Made by a program: the position numbers and the translations under genes | Assembly: GCA_017625755.1 (NCBI GenBank) | Contig: JAGAKG010000037.1 | Coordinates: 16,842 to 80,841 of the forward strand | From: Clostridia bacterium | GTDB lineage: Bacteria > Bacillota > Clostridia > Oscillospirales > CAG-272 | DNA: 64,000 bases | Direction of reading: 5' to 3' | Shown: positions 35,099 through 42,728 of the stretch, one piece after another | How positions within the stretch are numbered: position 1 is the first letter of the stretch | How the letters are laid out: the number at the start of each line of letters is the position of its first letter | Notes under the pieces: generated by a model | The model's input: the letters and a program-made list of their open reading frames with translations, nothing else | Told to the model about the DNA's origin: nothing | Database searches by the model: none

Positions 35099-35695
35099 AT
35101 GAAAAATGAAATTTACGAAGTGGCTATGAACGCATTCAAAATAGAAAGTGAGTCCTTGCTCGCTACCGCTGAGGTTATAGACAGCATAGAATTTTTGCGT
35201 GCGGTCGAGGTGCTTTCGAGTGCAGAGAGAATCGCCAGCTCGGGCTGCGGACATTCGGGTATCGCTTGTCAGCATTTTGCGCACCTTATGTGTTGTATAG
35301 AGCGCCCTGCGCGCTTCATTTCCCCTGCGGAGGCGGTTCACGGTGGACTTGGTTTTGTGCAGAAGAGAGATGTTATGGTTCTTGCTTCCCGAGGAGGAAA
35401 GACCGACGAGCTGCTTCCCATTGCGGATATCTGCAGAAGCAAGGGTGCGGTGGTTATCGGAATCACCGAAAATCTCGATTCGCCCCTCGCGCAGAAATCG
35501 GATATAGTTATAGCGATGAAGATAACTCGTGAGTGTGACAAATACAACTGTCAGGGAACGACGAGCTTCACGGTCCTTTCGGCGATATTCGACGCGCTCC
35601 AGACAGCAGTCCTTGAAAACACGGGCTTTAAAAACGAGGAATTTGCCGTTATCCACCCCGGTGGAGCCGTTGGTAAAAGACTTAACTCGAAATAA
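35099..35695 (+). CDS. SIS-domain sugar-phosphate isomerase/binding protein
   Basis: ATG 35099. SSGCGHSGIACQHFAHL and VMVLASRGGKTDEL are typical of single SIS domains (KpsF/GutQ/Phi-like, without CBS). Confidence 0.8.
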   Translation: MKNEIYEVAMNAFKIESESLLATAEVIDSIEFLRAVEVLSSAERIASSGCGHSGIACQHFAHLMCCIERPARFISPAEAVHGGLGFVQKRDVMVLASRGGKTDELLPIADICRSKGAVVIGITENLDSPLAQKSDIVIAMKITRECDKYNCQGTTSFTVLSAIFDALQTAVLENTGFKNEEFAVIHPGGAVGKRLNSK

Positions 35696-35727
35696 CAAAA
35701 AATAACATAAAATTAAGGAGAAAAATT

Positions 35728-36348
35728 ATGGAATTCAAGGTTTTTCAGAAGGAATTGGAACTTCAGTCGAGAGGTTGGATACCCACATTCCACGATGTTT
35801 CAAAGGAAGTAATGGAGATAGTAAAGGCGTCGGGAATTAAAAACGGCACCTGCTGTATCGCATCACATCACACTACCTGTAGCGTTATGGTTCAGGAATG
35901 CTCACACGATATCGACTCGTTCGACCTCGAGTATCTCCAGCACGACCTGCTCGATATTATGAGAAAGATGATTCCCGACTTTGCAGAGGAGCATCAGTAC
36001 CGTCACCCGGGTCCCATACACTCTCAGTTCGGAAGATATGTAAATGAGCCTGGTGACTACACAAGTATGAACACAGACGGACATCTTAGAAGTGTATTCT
36101 TTGGCAGAAGCGAGACTATGACCGTTAAGGACGGTGTTCTTGACGGCGGTGAGTTCGCTCACATCTACTTTGTTGACTGGGATCATGTAAGAGCTCGCCG
36201 CAGACAGCTTAATATTACAGTCATGGGAACGACGGAGGATGTTGAGGACCGCAAGTGGAATAACGGAGAGGTTATCAATACACTCAGAAAGTATACAGAC
36301 GAAGAAAAGGCGTTTGATGTTCATTACACGCTTCAGCAGAAAAGATAA
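35728..36348 (+). CDS. YjbQ/UPF0047-family protein with a C-terminal extension
   Basis: NGTCCIASHHTTCSVMVQE and DGHLRSVFFGRSETMTV match UPF0047 signatures as I recall them. At 206 aa it is longer than typical members. Confidence 0.7.
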   Translation: MEFKVFQKELELQSRGWIPTFHDVSKEVMEIVKASGIKNGTCCIASHHTTCSVMVQECSHDIDSFDLEYLQHDLLDIMRKMIPDFAEEHQYRHPGPIHSQFGRYVNEPGDYTSMNTDGHLRSVFFGRSETMTVKDGVLDGGEFAHIYFVDWDHVRARRRQLNITVMGTTEDVEDRKWNNGEVINTLRKYTDEEKAFDVHYTLQQKR

Positions 36349-36366
36349 TCACGGAGGGATATAAAA

Positions 36367-37065
36367 ATGAAGCTTATTCTTGATACAGCTAATCTTAATG
36401 ATATAAAGTATTTCAACGAGTTCTTTCCGATAGTCGGAGTTACAACCAACCCAACCATTCTTTCCAAGGAGGGCGGAGATATCGTCGCTCACCTCAAGGA
36501 GATAAGAAAGATTATAGGCGATGATAAGGAGCTTCATATTCAGGTCACCGAAACTAAGTGTGACGAAATGGTAGCTGAGGCAGAAGCGATAGTGGCATGT
36601 TTTGGAAACAAGAAGAATACATTTGTGAAAATTCCCGCAACCGACGAGGGAATCAAGGCGACCGGATATCTCTCGGCAAAGGGATATAAGGTAACTATGA
36701 CCGCGATACTCAGCGCGTCTCAGGCTATGATAGCGGCAAATGCGGGTGCGGCTTATGTTGCACCTTATGTAAGCAGACTTGAGAATATATGTGACGACGG
36801 TGTTGCGATAGTTGCCGAGATACAGGCTATATTTGATGCTTGCGGAACAGAGACCGAAATTCTCGCGGCAAGCTTCAAGACTGTCCGCCAGGTTCTCGGC
36901 GTGGCGCTAACGGGCGCGGGTGCATCGACAGTAGGCTCAGAGGTTATGCACAAGCTCCTCGCGCACCCCACCACCGATACATCTATTGATGGCTTTGCGG
37001 CGGATTGGAAGCGCGCGTTCGGAGATGTAACTCTCGGCGAGCTTATCGCAAATGCAGGTAAATAA
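36367..37065 (+). CDS. Transaldolase-family protein (fructose-6-phosphate aldolase / TalC type)
   Basis: MKLILDTANLNDIK, GVTTNPTIL, FVKIPAT (Schiff-base Lys); about 230 aa, the short form. Confidence 0.9.
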   Translation: MKLILDTANLNDIKYFNEFFPIVGVTTNPTILSKEGGDIVAHLKEIRKIIGDDKELHIQVTETKCDEMVAEAEAIVACFGNKKNTFVKIPATDEGIKATGYLSAKGYKVTMTAILSASQAMIAANAGAAYVAPYVSRLENICDDGVAIVAEIQAIFDACGTETEILAASFKTVRQVLGVALTGAGASTVGSEVMHKLLAHPTTDTSIDGFAADWKRAFGDVTLGELIANAGK

Positions 37066-37112
37066 TTAAAACGCAGAAGCTGTCACATTTTTAGTCAGAA
37101 CGAAAATACAGT

Positions 37113-37142
37113 AAAAGCCGCCCTGAACACAAGGCGGCTTTT
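37113..37142. terminator. Bidirectional intrinsic terminator
   Basis: AAAAGCCGCC / GGCGGCTTTT with an A-run and a T-run. Confidence 0.85.
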
Positions 37143-37314
37143 ACTGTTCTATTTCTAAATCTTCCAAACGGAAAATATCGTCATCTAAAAATTCGGTGAG
37201 AGGCATATTAAAACCTCTTGCAAGCATAATTGCGGTACTCAAGATAAATATATGGTATAAAAAGCTGATTTTGTTGTGGCTTATATTACACACGATTGGT
37301 GCGGTGCGTATAAA
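37141..37314 (-). pseudogene. Possible remnant of an XRE-family HTH gene (C-terminal half only)
   Basis: The open frame translates as ...NISHNKISFLYHIFILSTAIMLARGFNMPLTEFLDDDIFRLEDLEIEQ*. The STAIMLARGFNMPLTEFL part resembles helices 4-5 of HTH_3 proteins. There is no N-terminal half and no credible start. Confidence 0.3.
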
Positions 37315-37387
37315 TTATATCAAGCCTTGTACGGGAGGGGTGCCCATCCTGCAATTTGAATTTTTTGCTCGGGAGATTTAGAAATTT

Positions 37388-37680
37388 AACCCCGCCGACA
37401 CATTTATGTGTCATTCTGAGCGGAGCAAACAATCCTGAGAATTGTTTGCGCAGTCGAACCACGCCTTAGCGTGGTAACGCCTTTAGGCGTTAGAATCTGG
37501 GCGGGGTAGGATATAAATAAAGCAAGGCTTTCCCGCGAGATTCCAATTCCTTGCGGAATTGCTCCGCTTTAGCGGAGTTCGACTCCGAAAACATCACACT
37601 TTGATATTTTCTCCGCTCAATGAGTTTGCTCGCAAACTCGTCACGGAGCGTAGCGGAGTATAATGACAGCGCGGGGAGTG
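37388..37680. repeat. Mosaic hairpin repeat block (member B)
   Basis: Successive hairpins: GACACA-ttta-TGTGTC, GCAAACAAT-cctgaga-ATTGTTTGC, ACCACGC-ctta-GCGTGGT, AACGCC-ttta-GGCGTT, CAATTCC-ttg-CGGAATTG, CTCCGC-ttta-GCGGAG, GAGTTTGC-tc-GCAAACTC. Positions 37418-37500 are near-identical to 47040-47121. Confidence 0.65.
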
Positions 37681-37752
37681 GCGTAAGGGTGTAAATAGGC
37701 GAATAAATTTAATTAAACCCGTTTGCGGGTAGATTTTTATTGAAAAATTTCA

Positions 37753-37771
37753 AATTAACATTTCTCAAACA
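37753..37771 (+). promoter_or_regulatory. Imperfect direct repeat related to the CTTTAACA box
   Basis: AATTAACA ttt CTCAAACA in an 11-bp register, about 85 nt upstream of the 37858 gene. Confidence 0.3.
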
Positions 37772-37857
37772 TTTCGGAATTATTTCAAAAACAACGGTGG
37801 AGTAAAATAAGCGCGTAAACTGAAAAAATAAACAAAAGCAGAAAAGGAGAAATGAAA

Positions 37858-38100
37858 ATGTCAAAATTTATTGAGGCAAACGAAAAGATTGCAGAGGGAG
37901 TTGTCGGAGGCTACAAGAAAATCGAAAAGGGTGTTGTAGAGGGCTACAAGAAAATTGAAAAGGGCGCGGTTGAGGGCTTCGGCAAGGTAAGCGATAAAAT
38001 GGTAGAAACCTTTCTTACCAAAGAGGGTGAGACAGTCGAGGAAGCAAAGGCTCGTATGAAAAGAGAGCAGAGCGAGCGCAACGCAGGAAAAAAACACTGA
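37858..38100 (+). CDS. Small protein with 11-residue amphipathic repeats
   Basis: ATG 37858 is 8 nt after a GGAG SD (ATG 37852 is too close). The repeats are KIAEGVVGGYK / KIEKGVVEGYK / KIEKGAVEGFG. Confidence 0.6.
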   Translation: MSKFIEANEKIAEGVVGGYKKIEKGVVEGYKKIEKGAVEGFGKVSDKMVETFLTKEGETVEEAKARMKREQSERNAGKKH

Positions 38101-38108
38101 GTCCTGAT

Positions 38109-38285
38109 GTTGTCTCGGAAGATTCCGAGGGCGGAAAATTTGTATATGGTTATTCCGCGGCGCGTAATCGAGAGGAAATAAAGAGAATAAGGGAAAAGTA
38201 TCTCACAGAGGAAAGCACTAAGGCAAAGCCGAAGCGGTTTGCTTTGACGAGTATCTTGCTTTTTTTGAAAAATCATCAACTTTAA
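38109..38285 (+). pseudogene. Truncated paralog of the small 2-TM protein family (compare 46213-46593)
   Basis: The frame reads ...GGKFVYGYSAARNREEIKRIREKYLTEESTKAKPKRFALTSILLFLKNHQL*. This aligns with NERFNYSYSAKQQDEIKKIRERYLPENEDK of the 46213 ORF. It has no ATG start and stops inside the first TM. Confidence 0.4.
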
Positions 38286-38298
38286 CATTTCTTTAACA
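38280..38298 (+). promoter_or_regulatory. Perfect direct repeat CTTTAACA-N3-CTTTAACA (candidate OmpR-family response-regulator box)
   Basis: CTTTAACA occurs at 38280-87 and 38291-98, 11 bp apart, about 30 nt upstream of a TAAAAT -10-like hexamer (38330-35) and 80 nt upstream of the 38379 start. Confidence 0.5.
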
Positions 38299-38378
38299 AA
38301 ACTTAATCAAATCGAAAACATGAGGGCATTAAAATATACGCGTAAAATAAAACACGAAAGACGAAAGAGGTATTTATT

Positions 38379-38747
38379 ATGAACAAGAACGATCAGCAGT
38401 TTATGGCACAGAAGATTCGCACACAGTATATGGAAAAAGAGGCAACAGAGCTTGACGAGCTTCGTGAGCTTGACGCAAAGGTGAAGCGTCCCGCGAATGT
38501 ATTCGCGTATATATTCGGAAGCATTTCGGCAATAGTTATGGGTGCGGGAATGAGCCTCGTTATGACGGATATCGGAGATATGCTGAGTATCCCGAACACG
38601 ATGGTAACGGGAATCGTTATCGGCTGCGTAGGAATGATTATGGCGCTTGTGAATTATCCCATATTCAAGGGCATACTTAACTCTCGCAAGAAGAAATACT
38701 CGGGCAGAATACTCGAGCTTAGCGAAAAAATAATGAAAAATAACTGA
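38379..38747 (+). CDS. Small membrane protein (2 TM), paralog of 46213-46593
   Basis: 122 aa with the same architecture: a charged N-terminal helix (QKIRTQYMEKE...LDELRELD), two TM segments, and a basic/charged C-terminal helix. Confidence 0.65.
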   Translation: MNKNDQQFMAQKIRTQYMEKEATELDELRELDAKVKRPANVFAYIFGSISAIVMGAGMSLVMTDIGDMLSIPNTMVTGIVIGCVGMIMALVNYPIFKGILNSRKKKYSGRILELSEKIMKNN

Positions 38748-38765
38748 CAGTAAGGAGAAAATGAA

Positions 38766-39146
38766 ATGAATAAGAAGGTAAAAAAGATTCTCCAAAATAA
38801 CAAAAAGCCTATAATCATCGGAGCTATCGGCGCGGGTGTTGTCGCGCTTGCGGTAGGACTCGGTAAGGCATTCAAGAGTATGAAGGCGAGCGCTAAGGCT
38901 CAGCACGAGGTAGACAAGGCAGAGTTTGAGGCGGTAAAGGCAGAATCGAAGGCAAACTTCGAGGAGAACAGAGGCAGTAAGACCTATGCAAGAGCAAAGG
39001 CTGACGCTAAGAAAAGCTGGGACGATGCGCACATGAGCGCATCCGAGAGAGAGGCAAAGGCTAAAGAGGAGCGCAAGGCAAGAATTGCGGCGGCAAACGA
39101 GCGCAAGGCGGCTGCTGAAGCGCGTACCGAGGAAAGCGACAACTGA
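38766..39146 (+). CDS. Membrane-anchored Lys/Ala/Glu-rich (coiled-coil-like) small protein
   Basis: GGAG SD 8 nt upstream. N-terminal TM (PIIIGAIGAGVVALAVGLG), then KASAKAQHEVDKAEFEAVKAESKA...EAKAKEERKARIAAANERKAAAEA. Confidence 0.6.
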   Translation: MNKKVKKILQNNKKPIIIGAIGAGVVALAVGLGKAFKSMKASAKAQHEVDKAEFEAVKAESKANFEENRGSKTYARAKADAKKSWDDAHMSASEREAKAKEERKARIAAANERKAAAEARTEESDN

Positions 39147-39224
39147 AAATAACAGAGCAACTGCAAAGCGAGTCGCGATACGCGGCTCGCTGATGTTGCG
39201 TAAAAGGATAAAGGAGATATATAA

Positions 39225-40127
39225 ATGAACGCGATCAAAATAAGAAATCTCTCAAAGAGCTTTCGCGGAATGTATGCGGTGGACCACCTCAATATGACTG
39301 TTCCCGTGGGCGCGATATACGGTTTTATCGGTGAGAACGGCTCGGGTAAGTCGACCACGGAAAAGCTTATTTGCGGACATCTCGTGCCCGACGAAGGCGA
39401 GATAAAGCTGTTCGGCAAGGATTACACAGACGCGGGTGTGCGCGTGAGAGTTGGCGCGCTGATTGAGAACGCGGGCTGTTTCCCGAATTCAAGCGTATAC
39501 CAGAATCTTCGTATGCAGACGATAAATCTCGGACTAAAAAATCCCGACGAGGAGATACGCCGCGTGCTTGAGATAGTGCGTATGGAGGACAACGCAAATC
39601 TGAAATTCAAGAAATGCTCGCTCGGAATGAAGCAGAGAATAGGTATTGCTATGGCGCTTTTAGGAGAGCCCGCTCTCCTTATTCTCGACGAGCCTATCAA
39701 CGGACTTGATACCGACGGTATGCGTATTATGAGAGAAATTCTCGTTGATATCACTCAGAAATACGGCTGTACTGTACTCATTTCCTCGCACATTCTCGGG
39801 GAGTTTGAAAAGATAGCTACGCATTACGGAATCATCCGTCAGGGAAGAATGATAATGGAGCTTTCCGCCGCCGAAATGGATAGCCGCGCGCAGGTTTTCG
39901 TGTCACTTAAAACCGCCGATATGGCGGGTGCGGAAGCGGTATTGATAGAAAAATTTGACAGCGTTCGCGCCGAGGAGGGGTATCTCCGTGTTTATGATGT
40001 CGAGGACACCGCGGCAATCGTTGATTACCTTATGAAAAACGGTCATACCGTCAGCGAGGTCAAAAAGAACAAGATAGGTCTTGAGGAATACTATATCGAG
40101 CTTATGTCGGGAAAGGAGGAAAAGTAA
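39225..40127 (+). CDS. ABC transporter ATP-binding protein (ABC-2 / bacitracin-lantibiotic-immunity-like subfamily), copy 1
   Basis: Walker A GENGSGKST, signature CSLGMKQRIGIAMAL, Walker B LILDEPINGLD. Confidence 0.9.
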   Translation: MNAIKIRNLSKSFRGMYAVDHLNMTVPVGAIYGFIGENGSGKSTTEKLICGHLVPDEGEIKLFGKDYTDAGVRVRVGALIENAGCFPNSSVYQNLRMQTINLGLKNPDEEIRRVLEIVRMEDNANLKFKKCSLGMKQRIGIAMALLGEPALLILDEPINGLDTDGMRIMREILVDITQKYGCTVLISSHILGEFEKIATHYGIIRQGRMIMELSAAEMDSRAQVFVSLKTADMAGAEAVLIEKFDSVRAEEGYLRVYDVEDTAAIVDYLMKNGHTVSEVKKNKIGLEEYYIELMSGKEEK

Positions 40128-40128
40128 A

Positions 40129-40965
40129 ATGACACCTGAATTGAAATTTGAATCTCCGAGCTTTGGGAAAAGAATAAAGGGTATGCTTGGAGTGGATTTT
40201 TACCGTCTTTTCCATACCCCTCTGTTTTATATTTTCCTTGTTATCGCGGCGATAATTCCCGCTATGGTGTCGGCTATGACTATGATGCCCGACGCGAGTG
40301 GAAACACTATGGAGCCCCTCTATTCCAATGTCTGGCAGATAATTGCCTCGTCCAAATCTCTCTATGTGATAGAGAGTATAGCCGACTATGCGAATATGAA
40401 TATGGTATTTATATTTGGCGGAATTATGGTGTCTATTTTTATAGGTCACGATTATAAGTCGGGCTATGTCAAGCAGCTCTTTACCACCCACGCGAAGAAG
40501 CAGGACTATATGATATCCAAGAGTGTCGTTTGCGCTTTTGCTATTATTTGTATGTGCCTGACATACTTTATAGGCGGAACTGTCGGCGGATTGCTTGTCG
40601 GCTATGATACGACCGTGAATGTCGGTTCTCTCGTTCTCGCTATTCTCGGCAAAATGGTTATGAGCTTCGGTTGGGCAAGTCTTTACACCTTTCTCAATGT
40701 TATTTTCAGAAAATATTTCGGCATCTCGATTGCCTCGTCCTTCTTCTTTGGTACGGGTATACTTATCATAGGTGCCGCGGCTATCGTCGAGAGCCTCTCG
40801 CTTCCCACATTCTTCCTCAACATTTTCCTGTACGGCTCGTCGGTAAATGCAAGTCTGTCGAGCAATATCGGAACGCTCGTTATCTGTATCGCTGTGTCTG
40901 CGGCTTGGTCGATAATATATAATCTGCTCGGAACACGGATACTCACAAAGAGCGATGTATACTGA
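40129..40965 (+). CDS. ABC-2-type permease, copy 1
   Basis: ATG 40129 is 2 nt after the ATPase stop and has a GGAAAGGAGGA SD. About 6 TM segments. Confidence 0.8.
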   Translation: MTPELKFESPSFGKRIKGMLGVDFYRLFHTPLFYIFLVIAAIIPAMVSAMTMMPDASGNTMEPLYSNVWQIIASSKSLYVIESIADYANMNMVFIFGGIMVSIFIGHDYKSGYVKQLFTTHAKKQDYMISKSVVCAFAIICMCLTYFIGGTVGGLLVGYDTTVNVGSLVLAILGKMVMSFGWASLYTFLNVIFRKYFGISIASSFFFGTGILIIGAAAIVESLSLPTFFLNIFLYGSSVNASLSSNIGTLVICIAVSAAWSIIYNLLGTRILTKSDVY

Positions 40966-40981
40966 TAAGGAGGAGAGAGAT

Positions 40982-41884
40982 ATGAATGCTGTTGAAATAA
41001 AAAATCTTTCAAAGAATTTCGGTGCGAAGCAGGCGGTATGCGGACTTGATATGACCGTCCCGATGGGCGCGATATACGGCTTTATCGGCGAGAACGGCTC
41101 GGGCAAGTCTACCACCGAAAAAATGATATGCGGACTTATCCCCACGAGCGGCGGCTCGATAAAGCTCTACGGCAGGGATTATACCGACGGAGATGTGAGA
41201 GCCAAGGTCGGGGTTCTTATCGAATCCCCGGGTTGCTTCCCAGGGCTTACCGTTTGGGAAAATATGATGCTTCAGGCGAGAAATCTGCGTATTCCCGACG
41301 CGGAAAAAGAGGTGATAAAAGTCCTCAAAACCGTTAGAATGGAAGGCGCGGCAGGGAACAAATATAAAAATTGCTCACTTGGTATGAAGCAGAGAGTGGG
41401 CATAGCTATGGCGCTTTTGGGAGAGCCGACGCTTCTAGTTCTGGACGAGCCCCTCAACGGACTTGACGCCGACGGTATGAGAATTATGCGCGAGGTGTTC
41501 CTTGATATCGTCAAGGACGGAAAGCGCTCTATCATAGTCTCCTCGCACCTGCTCGGAGAGCTTCAGAAGGTTGCGACACATTACGGAATTATCCGTCACG
41601 GAAAAATGATAGTCGAGATGAGCGCCGCCGAGCTTGACGCAAGCTGCCGTACTTTCGTGGCTTTGCGCTCGGACGAGATTAACAGAACGAAGATGCTTCT
41701 CGGCTGTAAGTATTCCCGTGTGGAGGAGGACGAGGCGGGATATATCCGCGTTTACGATATCACGACTCCCGAGGAGGTAGTCAGATATCTCTGGGAAAAC
41801 GGTATATCCGTCACCGAGCTGGGTATAGATAAAATAGGTCTTGAGGAATATTATATAGACCTTATGAACGGAGGTAAGAGATAA
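40982..41884 (+). CDS. ABC transporter ATP-binding protein, copy 2 (paralog of 39225-40127)
   Basis: It aligns end to end with copy 1 (GAIYGFIGENGSGKSTTEK, CSLGMKQRVGIAMALLGEP, ATHYGIIR, KIGLEEYYIDLM). Confidence 0.9.
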   Translation: MNAVEIKNLSKNFGAKQAVCGLDMTVPMGAIYGFIGENGSGKSTTEKMICGLIPTSGGSIKLYGRDYTDGDVRAKVGVLIESPGCFPGLTVWENMMLQARNLRIPDAEKEVIKVLKTVRMEGAAGNKYKNCSLGMKQRVGIAMALLGEPTLLVLDEPLNGLDADGMRIMREVFLDIVKDGKRSIIVSSHLLGELQKVATHYGIIRHGKMIVEMSAAELDASCRTFVALRSDEINRTKMLLGCKYSRVEEDEAGYIRVYDITTPEEVVRYLWENGISVTELGIDKIGLEEYYIDLMNGGKR

Positions 41885-42699
41885 TGGAAAATACGGTAAG
41901 ATTTGACGGAGTCGGCTTTGGCGCGCGACTTGGCAGTATGCTGAGAGTCGATTTTCGCAGAATGCTCAAATCAAAGCTTTTTTACATTATTATCGCCTGC
42001 GCTCTCCTGATTCCGATACTTATGACGGTTATGATGTCTATGATGGACGGAAGCGTGTCGGTAAATCCCCAGACGGGTGAGGAAACTATTATGCAAGGTC
42101 CCGAGAACGCGTGGCAGTCTATCGGCACTCTGCCGACATCTGACGGCACGCCAATGGGCGGAATGGATGTTATGAGCATGTGCAATATCAATATGATGTT
42201 TATGGGCGTTGCGATATTTATCTGCCTGTTCATATCCGACGATTTCAGAAGCGGGTACGCAAAGAATATCTTCACAGTCCGCGCGAAAAAGGGAGAGTAC
42301 ATTATCTCGAAAACTCTCGCGGGATTCGTCTGCGGCACTCTTATGCTGATAGCCTATTTTATGGGCGCGATACTTGGCGGAGCTATTTCGGGGCTTTCCT
42401 TCTCGCTTCACGGACTGACTATCTCAAATCTCGTGTTCTGTATGCTTGCGAAGGTTTTCCTTATGCTAGTATTCGTTCCGATATTCGTGCTTGTTAGCGT
42501 TGGGGCAAAGCAGAGAGCTTGGCTCTCGATATGCGGCTCGCTCGGCGCGGGAATGTTGCTTTTTATGATGGTATCTATGATAACTCCCCTCAGCTCGACA
42601 GTCGTAAATCTTTTGCTCTGTCTTGTGGGCGGAATACTGTTCTCGACAGGACTCGGTGCTATCGGAAATATCATACTGAAGAAAACAAGCCTGGTATAA
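41884..42699 (+). CDS. ABC-2-type permease, copy 2
   Basis: The ATG overlaps the preceding TAA (TAATG). About 6 TM segments with the same layout as copy 1. Confidence 0.8.
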   Translation: MENTVRFDGVGFGARLGSMLRVDFRRMLKSKLFYIIIACALLIPILMTVMMSMMDGSVSVNPQTGEETIMQGPENAWQSIGTLPTSDGTPMGGMDVMSMCNINMMFMGVAIFICLFISDDFRSGYAKNIFTVRAKKGEYIISKTLAGFVCGTLMLIAYFMGAILGGAISGLSFSLHGLTISNLVFCMLAKVFLMLVFVPIFVLVSVGAKQRAWLSICGSLGAGMLLFMMVSMITPLSSTVVNLLLCLVGGILFSTGLGAIGNIILKKTSLV

Positions 42700-42728
42700 A
42701 ATTAATGTCATTAGGGTAAATGTAATAT

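Noticed and set aside
37196-37381. 61-aa plus-strand ORF
   Set aside because: It has no SD, lies in AT-rich intergenic DNA and overlaps the XRE-like remnant on the other strand.
37573-37587. CGGAGTTCGACTCCG, resembling a tRNA T-arm
   Set aside because: The loop is 5 nt rather than 7. There is no acceptor stem, anticodon arm or CCA context. It is one of the hairpins of repeat block B.
40102-41145. 347-aa minus-strand ORF
   Set aside because: It is antisense to the ABC-2 permease gene and the start of the second ATPase gene. Its composition is typical of a shadow ORF.
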